Below, in pieces: positions 1-12,879 of a stretch of DNA of 64,000 nucleotides. Under the pieces are notes generated by a model. It made no database searches, was not told the origin of the DNA, and worked only from the letters and a program-made list of their open reading frames with translations. The stretch is from Daphnia carinata (taxonomy: Eukaryota), in the NCBI RefSeq assembly GCF_022539665.2, contig NC_081333.1, positions 6,448,001 through 6,512,000 of the forward strand, in the 5' to 3' direction. Positions within the stretch are counted from its first letter, which is position 1; every line of letters begins with the position of its first letter. The position numbers and the translations under genes were made by a program.

Positions 1-1509
1 CACAAGTAATTTTGCATTATTATTCGTGTCCGTCTTGTTGCCCGCGTCTCAGTGTGTCCGCGGTAATAACTGCGTCACATCCAGAAACTCTTCGTTAAAC
101 CACGCTAACGACTGTATACTATAGTACACTCCAAATAAATCGCATCGGGGAGGATCCTCCCGCCAGACAACAACCACGCTCGGGTTAATGCACCCTACGC
201 CACTACTTTATGCTGAGTCGGCAGTCTCCGACGAGGAGTATCGGAGCACCCCCCGTGCCCTCTCCTGATACGCTGGGATTTCACGTCCCAGGCCAGCCTG
301 TCATTCTACATCGTCGGTAAACGGCGATTGGAGCAGCGATTTCACCGCTTCAGCTACCTGGGACTGATCAGTCCTAGGCCACTTCTTTACTCTGAGCCAG
401 CAGGCTCCGGCATTTGGAATTGGCACCAAGAGGCTTTTACCAAAACGACGACTACTTAGCAATCTGGAACGGCATCGACTTTAATCTCTCTGTCAGAAAA
501 TCTGACGTCCGACCCACAGTCAGAGGGCCAGGCCGGGACTTGCAGAGTGAATACAGGTGAAACCCCGGGAGACGGAGACACAGAACCTCCAGACGGAGAA
601 ATCTAGCCAATCCCCGTGACATAAACAGACCTACCGTACAGCGGACTAAACAGTAGGTGTGGCCGGAGAAAAGGCCGTCTGCGCCGCTTAATAAGAACCA
701 GGAACCCGGAGTATGATATTGAAATTTGTTGACATACCTCCCATCTATGTAGAACGGTCTCTAGCAAGAGAGGACCGAACCATGAATCAAGAACCAACGG
801 GAAAAGGAAGGATAGTAGCCGCCAGAGAAATCCTTCAAGTATCGGGAAAGGGAAAAAATGGAATATCGTAGGAAGGGGCTATCCCGCGGTCAGAAGAAAG
901 AAGAGTAAGCGGCGATCTCTGCAACAGCGTTGAAATTAATGTTCGTTTAATTAATTTATTTGTCAACGGTGGGTTTTGTAAGGGTATACATAAGGGTCTA
1001 TTAGGCCTAAGTAATACACTCACATTTTTGCACCGAAACCATCTACAAGTCTTGGAAATTATTCCTTGGTATTTCTTTCGTTGTTTTTTGCTCGTCGTTT
1101 GTGTGCCCGTTGTTCGCTGCCGTACTCCGCCTTGCCGCCGTTTGTCGCCGTTCACCGCCTTGCTCACACACCACCGCCCGACTTCCCGCGTTCACTGCCG
1201 CCACCTCGAATCCGCCGTCGCTTCACCGGAAACTTCAACTATAAATTCCAAGAGTAAGTACTTATATCACTTTTCCATTATTAGTCTATTTTTCTTTCTA
1301 GGCGTGGACCTCCTTGGCGCTGTCGTGTGTCCGGCCCATAAGCCCGCCAAAAGTTATGGTAGATCCCCCATAAGGGACCGTTACCACATTCTCCCGGCCA
1401 CTCTCAATGGAGAAGCCGCCCAAGCATACGCTGGCCCCTACAACGGGCTAGGCCTTAAAATTCCTCCTGCTTAGCATAGCAACTACTGAGTCGGCAGTCT
1501 CCGACGGTG

Positions 1510-3065
1510 GAAGATATTCCACACTCTCACAGGCCGAATTGGTGGTATTAGCTAGGGGGTTAAACCTCGCACCAAGAAACTCCAAGAGAACACCTTGGGC
1601 ATCGGACATGGAACAGTTAAAGAGGACGATCAACCGAAAATGCTTCTGGTTCGGAAAGAGGAAAGTACAACGCAGCTGCATCGTGCAACGTATAATGAAA
1701 TCAAGTTGGCAGCCACCATGGAGAATCGACAAGGGGGTATCCAGTTGGGATGAGCTTCTTAGAACTATAAAAGGAAAGGTGCAGGACTCACTGAACCTGG
1801 AACCCAGATTGCAGTAGACATGGCAGGAACTCGTCTCCCATTCACAATTTCATGTCATAAAGGCGGATAAGGGAGGCAAAATATTTTGATGGAATAGGTC
1901 GGACTAAAGAAAAGAGGCCCGGCGGAAACTGGAGGATCGCTCCACCTACATGGAATTCCCATATGAACAAGCAATGAGGGAGTATTCGGATTTAAGGCAA
2001 AAAAAAGCTGTAACTAATACAAGTATTAAGAACTGGTTGATGGATAACGAGATCTGAGGAGGACAGACTTCGCCTAGAGGATGCACGGATGCCGGCGATC
2101 TGCTTCTTATCTAAAATTCATAAACCTAAGAGGCCCGACCGAATTTTTGTCGGCAGACCCATCATGGCGGCGGTAAAGGAAAACCGAAGAGTGTGTGCGT
2201 GTGGCTAGCAATGTTGACCCAGCCGCTGCAGAGGGAGGTCCTAGGGTCCTTAATGGACACCAGAGACTTCCTCAGAGAACTGGTTCGGAAACAGGCCCAA
2301 CCCGGAGTCACATTGCTCTCAGTGGATGTTGAATCCCTTTCCCTCAGCATCCCCTGGAACGACGGTATACAAGCAGCGACTGACTTGTACCTGAGTAGAT
2401 TCCACGTCCTTAAAAGAGTAGCTGATGACAGGGTGATACTATCTCTACCACTACCGGAGCTGTTCCAGAGAATCTTCGAACTGATCTTCACAAACAACTA
2501 TTTCCACTTCCAGGAGCAGTATTGGTATAAGCAACTGAAAGGAACAGCCATGGGAACATCGATTTCAGTTTTCTTCACCAATATTTGTATGTACCAAAGA
2601 ACCGCAAGCCTAATACACGATCCCCCGCATACCTGGTTACATTTTTAAGATACATCGACAACAATAATCGGGTCTGGACCGGCCCGGAGAAAGACATTAC
2701 AGATAAAAAAAGACACGGTAGACGAAGCAATTAAACAAACTTTCGTAATAGGCGGTTCCACGCTGGAAGCATTGGATGTACAAATCCACCTGGATAAAGA
2801 GGGTTTGATTACCACGACGTTCTACAGAAAACCCACTGATGGGCATGAATACTTACATTGGACCTTTAACCATTCACCACATCTCAAGCGCCTCTTCTAT
2901 CTACCATACTCCCAGCTAGTACGGATCAAAAGGAACTGCAGCCGGATGAATAACTTTGAAGAGGAGGTAAAACATCTCTTGGATAGATTCCGTAAGACAG
3001 GTTACCCGAATCATGTCCTAAAAGCGTCGTTCTGGAAAATGCGAGGACCGGACGAGGAGGACTGA
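1510..3065 (+). pseudogene. Penelope-like retroelement reverse transcriptase, degenerate
   Basis: PLE-type motifs in order across stops and frameshifts: VLARGLNL, VIKADKG (~1854-1874), FLSKIHKP, GRPI, DTRDFL, LLSVDVESL, NNYFHF..YKQLKGTAMG, FLRYID, FYRKPT..YLHW..NHSPH, LPYSQLVRIKRNCS, RFRKTGYP. Confidence 0.85.
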
Positions 3066-4539
3066 TCCACGGAAATCCGGACCCCTAATTGAAGTTGGAA
3101 GATTTTAAAAATAAAAATTTTCATCGGCCCCCGTACTGTTAACTTTGAATGGACACATTGCAAAGGGATTCTTTTTAGGGATTGCGCTATTTACTAAATA
3201 CTTTTGAGTTGTTCCACTAGTACTTTATATATTGGATAGGTGTACGGTACTTATTACATATATGTGCTTAGTTATGTCCAAAAAAATTGAAAACTGAAAA
3301 ATTATCAACGCAACCAAACCAGGCTGTCCATTATGCATCGTTCGCAAAGAACGGTTGATGCAATATTTTGTATTCCTTAGAACGTATTGCACTATACAAC
3401 CATCTGCTTTATAATCCATCCCAGGTTCCATCAAACAGCACAATTCATTTACGTATATTTTTCAGGACATGTCCTGATATTGTGTTCTTTATTTGCGTGT
3501 GTTGTATGACTTCCCCTGACTGGTCAACGATGGACGTAGAAGGGAAAGTGACCTTCTGATTTGTTAGTTTGTGATAAAATAAATAGTTACATGTGGGGTT
3601 AACTGAAATTGACAAGTGAAATTGGGTTCCCAAACTTCCACGGAAGACATTTTTCTTTTTCGACTCTGCAGATAGGCGCCATCGATTGACCTTTTTGAAC
3701 ATCGTTTAGTTTATGAAGAGCATCGCCGCCCAGAATAAATTCACAAAAATATTTCGAAGTGCCGGAAAAATAGCAACAGGATTCATGTCCCGATAGCCCA
3801 AGGACAGCACATCAGTGAAATAATTTATTCCCAAATTTCAACACAACCCGCTCCAGATAACTATAGAAATTAACCAATTAGGCAATACGAAAACTAGTGC
3901 AGCGTGCTGACACCTTTCTGCAAGTATACATAGAGACGGGAAACAGACACATTATATAACCGACTGTCTTGCAGACGACGGTCTAAAAGAGAGTAAGGGC
4001 GTCATCTAAAGGAAGCCTCTGCTTGTCTGTCTTTCATCAAAAACGATTCCCCCAGCAACATTAACTTACCTAGGGCTCGGCCCCGATCGTCTTTGATCGG
4101 GGCAAACCGTGGTTTTTCATTAAAATATCGTCAAACCGTCGGTTCGGTTTAGCCATTTTTGACTGCGGTTTGGTTTTCGGTTTGCAACTGGGCAAAACTG
4201 GTTTGAACCGAAATTTAAAATTTTTTTTTTATTTTAGCGAAAAATTGAAATCAACCAATTATGAATTTTCACTAATTGTTGTGGACGTAAGTGTCGCCAA
4301 CTGCGTAGGTCATGCTCTAAGGCATCACATTAATTGCTGTTTAGAATCAAACTTATGTCAAATTTTCTTCATTGTGTTCGACTTACCGCACTTCCATAAT
4401 GACAAGTAAAAGAGTAGCAAAAGTCCGAAAAGATCCCGATTCATCTGGTGGCAAAAAACGAACAAGTTCGGCTTTATCGAATATTAGCGGGGAAACGTTA
4501 TTCGATATCAGTTTAACCGACGATGAAGCATCAAGTTCA

Positions 4540-5992
4540 GGTGGAATCTATTGCAACGAAATATTTCGGTGCAATAACGGCCTTTTCCCCTATTGCACCG
4601 AAATCTTTCGTTGCAATAAGGGCTTTTTTCACTATTGCACCGAACTCTTTCGTTGCAATAAGTGGCTTTATTCGCTATTGCACCGAAAGATTTCGTTGCA
4701 ATAATATAGTTTTTCCCCTATTGTACCAAAATATAAAAATTCTTATACTACTAATATACTATGTTTATTACTAATTAAGATTACGGCCCTCGCGTGCTAA
4801 GTGCCGTAATTTAAATATTTGTGTTGTACAGTGGCAGTGTTTTGTTGTGGTTAAGGCTTTTTTTAAGGTAAGCCACATTTCCGTATTTTCATTATGCACG
4901 GCATTTTTGTACATTTTCCACTTCGGCCTGACTATGCCTTCGTGGACGTATTTTTTTTTCTTTTTTTTCTTTCGGCACGCCATTTTTGCCCACCGGACTA
5001 TGCCTTCGTTGGGCATTTTTTTTCTTTCGGCGGGCCATGTTTGCCATCCAGACTATGCCTTTATGGGGCATAATTTTTTTTTTAATTTTTTCCGGCTGGC
5101 CATTTTTGCATATGCCTTCCTTGGGCATATTGTTTACAAATTTTTTTTTTAATTTTTTTTTATTTTTGGAAAAATGAAAAGATTTGTCAAAAATGAGTAG
5201 TCAAATAGGTGAAAAATCGGAAGCTGAGGATGCAAAAATGGCCCGCCGAAAAAAACAGATAAAAAAAAAGACGAAGTCCATTTCTTCACTGATTCTACCC
5301 CTGTGGTAGAATTTCGACCCTGGGTGCCAAAAAATATTTCTGTTTTTTCCCGCGGCCCGTTTTAGCCCGGCCGCCTATGCCATCGCGAGTTATTATTTTT
5401 TTTTTGTTCGTCACATTTCATGCCATGGAAAGATGCACATGTGCGACTGGCTAAAATGACCCGCCAAAAAAAAAAGAAACAAAAAAAATCGGGACGGAAT
5501 AAAATGGCCTGATGAAAAGAGAAAAACAAAAAAAATTATGTCTCGTTAAGGCATAGAGGGTCGGGTAAAAACGGTGCACCGTAAAGAAAAAACTCAAAAA
5601 ATGCCCCACAAAGGTGTAGGTGGATGGGGCAAAATGACCCGCCGAAAAAAAAACGAAATTCGAAAAGAAGAATTATACTACGAAGGAAGAAAAAATAGGC
5701 AAAAAATTACTAATTAAACACTACGAAATCTTTCGTTGAAATAGGGGAAAAGGCCGTTATTGCAACGAAAGGTTTCGTAGCAAGACACAGCAATACGAAT
5801 ACGACATTATTATTAAAATTTAATAATTTTAAGAAGTAAATAGTTAAATTTAATATAGTTCTTAGTAATAGAGGTGTAAATTTTTAGTTATGATAGGCTA
5901 GAAACAACTTTTAAGTACAAGGAAATCTTTCGGTGCAATAGCAAATAAAGCCACTTATTGCACCGAAATATTTCGGTGCAATAGATTCCACC
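4540..5992. mobile_element. Non-autonomous TIR (foldback-like) element nested in hAT exon 1
   Basis: 38-bp TIR GGTGGAATCTATTGCA(A/C)CGAAATATTTCGGTGCAATAA (1 mismatch); flanking duplication AAGTTCA at 4533-4539 and 5993-5999; subterminal ~42-bp repeats each carrying a 28-bp palindrome. Confidence 0.85.
4779..5705. repeat. Internal block of ~60-70-bp repeats in both orientations inside the nested element
   Basis: GACTATGCCTT..T-run..CGGC..CCATTTTTGCC units at 4895-5130 and mostly reverse-oriented copies (GCAAAATGACCCGCCGAAAAAA) at 5230-5700; flanked by ATTACTAATTAA at 4767-4778 and 5706-5717. Confidence 0.6.
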
Positions 5993-8991
5993 AAGTTCAC
6001 GCACGTCTACACCTGTCCCTAAGTATTACCGCAATGATGTTAATAAAATGGTTTGTATATAATTGAAATAAACTTTCTACAATAGGTACATAGACACCTG
6101 CAATTTTTCCAATACTGGGCAGTGTTATTACAGGACACAATGTGGAAAATCTCTCAGTCGAGTCAGGGAAAGATAGTCCTTCTAGCTCTACTGGCAAATC
6201 AAAACATCTGCTTAAGTCATGGGTCTGGAAACACTACACTAAGACAAGTGAGGCCGAAGCTGAGTGTAATTATTGCAAGAAATTGTTTGTTGTAAGTGCG
6301 ACAGGGACAATGTCTAAACATCTCCATACGAAACACAACACGAAGTTAACTCATACTACACAAAGTACTTCGGACCGTTCTGCGAAAGTTGTGAAGCCAT
6401 TCCAGGTAACATTCATTTTCTCTTGTTAATATATTTCTACAAATAACATTTATATTTAAATAATAGTTAAATGCTGAAGCTGGACATAGGGCATTCATTA
6501 AGTTTATTGTTGCCAATAATCATGCTTTCACGCTTGGAAAAGAACAAGACTTTCAAGACTTTCTTTTAAAAGTACAGCCATTGTACAAACCCCGCAGTGT
6601 TACATCTGTAAAGGATAGGGTGATGAAACTTTATGTAGAAATGAGAACGAAGCTTATTGAGCGGCTCAAGAACCAAAAGGCTGCTCTAACAACAGACTTG
6701 TGGACTTCCCCCAATAAAATGACTTTCATGGGTATTACAGCATCGATCTTGGACATCGAGTTTAATCCAATAGACTTTATTCTAGGATTTAAACATTTGG
6801 TTGGTGAACATACTGGATTTAACATTGCAGAACAGTTCTATGAAACAATCAAGTATTATTCACTGGAAGATAAGGTAATTCAAATGACTGATGAATGATT
6901 TGCATTAAATTTCTACAAATTTTCTGATTTCTTTTCAGATGTTGGCGATAACGACAGACAACGCTAGCTCGAATGAAACGTTCATTGATCACATTATTCA
7001 ATTGACCCAAAATAATTCCCTTCCATTTGAAAAAGACAGACGGATACGTTGTTTTGCTCACGTTATTAATCTTTTGTTAAAAGTGCACTTGAATGTATGG
7101 GAACACTGATTGAAAAGGTGACCTTTTAAAAATTTTTAAAGCAAGTTGTCACTTAAATGAAATTTTTCTACAGTCCCGGAATATCATTATATCAATCCGA
7201 GCTTCTCCGCAAAGGATCGCGAAATTTAAGAAAATCCTGCGCAATTGTGGTGTTCAATTGGAAGACGTGGATTATGAAGAAGATGAACTGCGTTGTGCTG
7301 AAGGAACCACCATTGATCGTGTTCTATTGCCCATAATGGATTGCCCAACGCTATGGAATTCTACATTTTTTTTCTGAAACGAGCTTTGAAGGTCCGAATT
7401 GCTCTTGATGAAATCGCCAAGGATGAAGACCTTAGAAAATACGAAATCCAAGCAAATGAATGGCATATTCTACAGGAAATTTTCAATTTCCTGAAGAGTT
7501 TCGCTCTGTTCACAACATATGTCGAGGCAACTTGTTTATTCGCATTTGTTTATTTGCTCAAAAACAATTCATTTATTTTTAGGATTGATCTTCTGTGGAA
7601 AACCTATAATTTGTCATCTGACAGTCCAACGACGATTAACGGTGATACCGAAGATTGAAGTTCCAATTGAAAATCCAAAATGGATCAGTCTTTCATAGCT
7701 GATATTATATTTACAAAAACAACTGAATTTAAGTCAGATGAAATTAAAAAATACGTGAATAAAGAAACTGAACCAAGTAACTGTAGTCCGACTGATGTTT
7801 TAAGCTACTGGGCCCAAAGGTCTAAAAGATGGCCTAAATTATCCGACATGGCTAGGGATATGTGTTGTGTATTCCGGCCACTACCGCAAGCAATGAGAGG
7901 GCGTTCAGCACGGGAAGAGATGTTTTCGAGATCGCTCGAATGGGCTTAGCCCTGAGACTGTTGAAGCCCTCATCTGCTTGCGTTCTTGGTTCAGAGCCGG
8001 CTTACTCAATGAAATTCAATAAATTGAAAAGCCAGAAAACGCAACTTGCTCAAAACCTAATTTCCGATTTATTGTTGTGTGCAAACAGTACAAAACCACG
8101 ATGTAAGTCGCGGTTTGCACCGCGGGTACAAACCGCCAAACCGCAGCGCGATCGGTTTTTAAAAAACGACAAACTGAACCACACCGGTTTGCCCATTTTT
8201 TTTTATAAACCACGCGGGTCGGCCAAAATCGTGCCCGATCGTCGCGGGGCCGAGCCCCAAACTTACCATCAGTTAACGAATCCAAAGAACACAACCTTGC
8301 TACTCAGCGTAACAATATTTGGGGAAAAGAAACACTCTTGGAAATCAGTAAATTCGAAACACCCCCTTTGGAGGATCCGTTAAATTGAAACTTTATGGAA
8401 CTAATTTCTAAGTGTGATAATGCATGGTTTCCGTTGATCGCTACATATCACATTAATAGCGCGAATCGTCTGCTAATGCTATCAAGATGGTGTTTTGTAC
8501 ATCAGGTTACCAAGAAAAAAACAAAAGAAACAGTGATCAGCATTAAGCAGTGTTTATTTGATCAAACAATGTTTTATCTTAAGGTTTTTAAATCGTGACC
8601 GTAATGACACCTACTAGCAGACACTTCATCATAAATTTTGCCCCACCCCACCAAGCGAGATTTATGTTTTTCTGGTCAACAGTGTTTGAAGTTCAAGAGA
8701 AGACACGTACAGTGCAAGAAGTGTTTTTTGTACAAAGAAAAGTTTCCCTTAACAAGTAGTTTTGTTGCTTGTAACATGCGTCATTTAGGATCCCCTACCT
8801 CGCATAACCGCTAACAACTTCCCGGGAAAAGCCGAAAATACACAAGACATGTATCTTTGAACCGGCTACCGGTAGTAGTTCAGATAGCTCCTCCTCCACT
8901 CAACGTTATCGGTGTGGGATATACAAGATGTTTCTGAAATTTTATTAGACTCTTAGTTTTGGTTTTTCTCGGTAAACTATTTATATTCAAC

Positions 8992-9950
8992 ATGGCTTTC
9001 TCCCCTACACAATGTTCACGGTTCCGTTCTACTGTTTCCAACCGGAAACAATTTTGTTCGTGTCTGGTGTGTGAACTTCCTATTCATCTAGCCTGTTGCG
9101 GAGTTTTATTTCCAAGAGGCTCTCCTACTTGGAATACTACGTGCTGAAGTACCAATTGAATAAAGCGAATCGAAGTAAAAGATGATTATTACTTTAGATA
9201 TTTAATACCCAAATGCTTGTCTATTAATCCCAGGAAGGATGATCTGTTTTTTAGTATCGAAGTCGAAATCTTCCCTGAAGATTTTTATCAAGGAGCTGTC
9301 TTTTCTGGACCCAGGGCAAATAAGACACGCCGACTGCTTTTCTTCACATCCGTGATGAAGAGCAATTGGGGGCTGCAAGGTTTGGTCTATGGAGGCTACA
9401 TAAAATTTTCTACCTACAATGTAGGAAATAATCCCACTCACAAGGTTTCAAAGAATCATTACTGATTTTGAAAGATCCGTGTTTGTAGCGGTGAGGCATC
9501 ATTATCAGGTTGTACTTATGATTTAGCTGACAAGATACCTCAAGTTTTTATTTCTTACGAAATTCGGCCGCACGAGAACTAGAAGGGTTTCATGGACTAC
9601 ATGGAGCGCAACTGGATTCGCGGCCGACTCTGGACTCCATCCCACTGGTCTTGCTTCAACCTGCTGTTACGGACGAACATTGATTGTGAAGGTAACACAT
9701 AACGATTGGAATAAGGTATAACTAAATAGATGCAACAAATTTAAGTTACTAAATTAACGTTAAACTTTACTAGTTAGCGGGTGGTCCTAATTTATCCTTT
9801 TATAAAATGACTTTGGTGCTCCAACAACTGCGATGACGTGAAGCTTACGCAGAAACTCCTTTCCCACAATAAGATAAAGGCATATAGGAAAACGCAGACA
9901 AATCTGAAGAACTCGATCCCGTTCACGTGGTGGTTGAAGTATCAACATAA
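8992..9950 (+). pseudogene. Mutator/MULE transposase relic with N-terminal PHD-like finger
   Basis: CSCLVCELPIHLACC (PHD-like); RIITDFERSVFVAV (~9452-9495); FMDYMERNWIRG; WSCFNLLLRTNIDCEG; GPNLSFYKM; heavily deleted; end approximate. Confidence 0.65.
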
Positions 9951-10548
9951 TTAGGTATTTGCTAATAGATGCAACAAGTTCTCACCACATTTCAACTATT
10001 TTTACTATAACCAGATTTCTACCGAGGAAGTTTTGGAGGATATTGTTGTACAATTAAGAAATTCCCTTCCTGTTGTTGCTCCCGACCAACCCTTTGAATG
10101 TCAACATTAGTGACCTAGATGATTATGAAATGTCTGTCGATGAGAATACAGAAAATGTATTACGGTGTTGTTGTTCAACGTATCTCATTAAGTTTCATCT
10201 TTTAACTACTGTTCAAATCAAGATTTAACTTTTTGCTCATTTGTGTGATCTCAGATTCAAGAGTTTCTTAATTACTTATTCATTAATGCATTACACAGCA
10301 ATACATCTTTCATTACTGATGGGTTAATATCTTACTGAAAATAATTAGTACGTACTTTTCAGGATGGGTTAGTAAACCAGCAGAAATACGACCATATAAA
10401 GGAAACCCGCTTTGCTAATAGGATTACTTCTCTGTTCCGGTAGGAGTTCTTCGAATAAGAATTTCCTAGACATACTATGATTTGGCAAGACTGACTAATA
10501 ACCCAGCACATCAATGTGTTTGACAAACACAAGTAGCAAAATGAGGTA

Positions 10549-11440
10549 CAGTAAGGCTTCACAAAACGGGACGCCTGCAAAACGGGAAATCTCGCAAAAC
10601 GGGAAGTAGGGCTGCTCGCACCAAATTTCCGCCTTTCGTCATGTTCTCAGATCTGTTGGCTGGAGATTGAAATTCCTGGTATTGCACTGCAGTGTGAATG
10701 AATGTGCAGGCGTAAAATATACTGATAGTATTTTACCATTTGTTTTATTTGATTCTTCTTAAAGTGTGGTGACACACCGCAACATTTTCGTGCTTTAAAG
10801 GTGTGCTTGTTAAGTTTATCTAGCGTCGGGGGAAATAGGGGAATGTAGTGCACTGCCGTAAAGAAAGAAAAGATGCAAGGAAAGGAATAAGTTAAAGTCG
10901 AATCGAAGAGTGGGCTACAGAACTTTATATGAATAAAACCAAGAAAAACTATTTAAAGGAAGATTCTAGTACAGTGTTCAGTTCTCGGAAGCGCTACGAG
11001 CGATTGGGGTAGTTTAATTAAATGCAAGTTATTAATCAATTGAAGAACGGCGACTCTCAGGCGAACATTGTGAAAAATTTAGGTTTGTCAAAATCTGAAG
11101 TCAGCCCAATAAAGATTTCAAGTGAGAAACTACTGTCGATAGCAAGTGAAAAATTGATAACATTGAAGTCTAAACTGTCCACATTGAAGAGCAAATAACC
11201 ACAAGTACATGAAGCTGTTTATGTATGGTTTTCTCGCATGCTGAATCCACTTGGAAGGTGTAAACCGTTGCCATTGAGCCGAAAATTTATGCAGTGTCGT
11301 GCGAGACAAAGCGTCTTTGCTAGGCTTGGTGGGATTTCACAACTGGCTGTTGTGATATGAAATTGGACCAGGCATGCGTCTTCACGAGGAGGCTGATGAC
11401 GTTAACCTGGCAGAAGCGGAGGTAAGTATGAAACATTTAC
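10549..11440 (+). mobile_element. pogo/Tigger DNA transposon 5' fragment with CENP-B-type HTH relic
   Basis: TA|CAGT start followed by three CAAAACGGGA repeats; LKNGDSQANIVKNLGLSKSEVS (HTH), PQVHEAVYVWF, PLPLS, RLHEEA; truncated by a Gypsy fragment. Confidence 0.7.
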
Positions 11441-11589
11441 GCAATCAACACATCAACGCAGTCAGCCACCGAGTCAATCACAACAAGAAATGCCACGATG
11501 CCCACCACCGCACCCGATCAACTTTCCAGAAAGTAATCCCTTTAACGGGGAAACTAAACAAATAACCACCGATAGACACGTCGTCCAAC

Positions 11590-11980
11590 CACTGGAATCG
11601 CTCCTAAGCCCTGATAAAGGCCCTAAGCTAAGCTCCTAGTACAGGCAAAAATGCAACCAAAAGGTTCGAAGGAGGAAAAATCCTCAGAAGCCCAAAGAGC
11701 TTCATTACAGAACCGGTGCTGGCGTACTCGGACTTCAACAAAAAATTCATCATCTTCACCGATGCAAGCGACTACGGACTTCGAACCGCCCTATATCAAG
11801 ACATCAACGGAAAAAACCACCCAATTGCTTATTCCAGTAAGCATCTTAACAAAAGGGAAAGGAAGTAGTCAAAAGTGGAAAAATAAGCAGTAGTCTTGAT
11901 CTTTGGTATAAGACGCTTTATGCACTATCTACAAAACGTGCCAATCGTCATCGTAGGCGATCACCGCCCACTGAACTAAG
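11590..11980 (+). pseudogene. Ty3/Gypsy RNase H fragment
   Basis: FIIFTDASDYG, QDINGKNHPIAYSSKHLNKRE, EK*A, GIRRFMHYL, IVGDHRPL. Confidence 0.8.
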
Positions 11981-12879
11981 AACTTCCAGCTGAGGAAACG
12001 AAATAGACTTCTTTAAGCCATTATTCTGATCCCCCTCCAGAAGAAAGCGAAAACAAATTAACTGCCACACCTGATAGACTGGAAGGGTTGCTACCCTGGG
12101 CAAAAATCCGATCATCCCAAAAATAATAGGTAGAAATTTGTGTATATACTTCTAGTGTGCCGAAAGGCAATTTATTAACTCTCAAAGCATGCAACTCATG
12201 TGTGTCTGTATTTTAGAACGCTTTTCAGATTCTTGCGTTAGCCGTCTTAGCCGGTATGAACTTCGAATTCAATGCTAAAGTCTGTGATAGCGACAACGCA
12301 ATCCATTAAGGATCCCTTTCGTTTGATGGCGAAGGCTGTAAATACAAAATCACTTCATCCATCCCCTGTTCGAGTGTACAAGAAAGTGTACTCTTACGCA
12401 GAGATGTCTAGGATACACGTGTCTTATGTAGAAAATGAGCAAAAACAGTGCATCGCGATGTTTTACAATAGGATCATGTGAAAGAACACCGTCTCTCTTG
12501 GACGTCAGTGCCAGCGGGCGTCGAAGATTACGTGATTCACGGTTGTGTGAAAAACAACCCAAAAACAACTTAGGATCCAATCAATGGCCTCTAGAGAGAT
12601 CACTAGTGTTGACGACTACCTAAGCCTCCTAACCATATATTGACATTTCTAAATTGATTTTAGATAGTTGACATTTTTAGATATTCTCTTTATCGATACT
12701 TTCCAAAGAGATTTCCCATTGAACAATATATGGCGTCTGACGCATTCAGAAAAACAATATAAATATTTTCATTAAAGCATTTTCACTTCTGCCTAAAATT
12801 AAACTCCAACGCTTCGTGTTGCACACGCCGTCTTTATTCACACCACTAAACTAGCGAATAAAAATTGACACGGCAAAGG

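Larger units (their letters stand above)
4399..8022 (+). pseudogene. hAT transposase (BED zinc finger, DDE, dimerization domain), intron-containing and disrupted
   Basis: BED finger WVWKHY..CNYC..MSKHLHTKH; LTTDLWTS; ITTDNAS; RCFAHVINL; DCPTLWNS; YW..WPKLSDMARD..CIPATTASNERAFS; short GT-AG introns; exon 1 split by insertion 4540-5992; frameshifts. Confidence 0.88.
4071..8259 (+). mobile_element. hAT-superfamily DNA transposon with both ends and TSD
   Basis: TIR TAGGGCTCGGCCCC at 4071 vs GGGGCCGAGCCCCA ending 8259 (1 mismatch); 8-bp TSD AACTTACC at 4063-4070 and 8260-8267; subterminal AAACCG/CGGTTT repeats at both ends; internal transposase. Confidence 0.93.

Noticed and set aside
3186..3236. 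AIY-x11-YIG pattern suggesting the Penelope GIY-YIG endonuclease
   Set aside because: Contains and is followed by stops, lies too close to the RT, and lacks downstream R/H/E motifs; may be chance
1..3700. Hammerhead ribozyme expected with a Penelope-like element
   Set aside because: No CTGANGA-stem-GAAA core found by eye; an Infernal search would be needed to exclude it
4549..4730. Palindromic repeats with short spacers resembling a CRISPR array
   Set aside because: Spacers are ~14 bp and related to each other, the repeats form a transposon TIR, the context is eukaryotic and there are no cas genes
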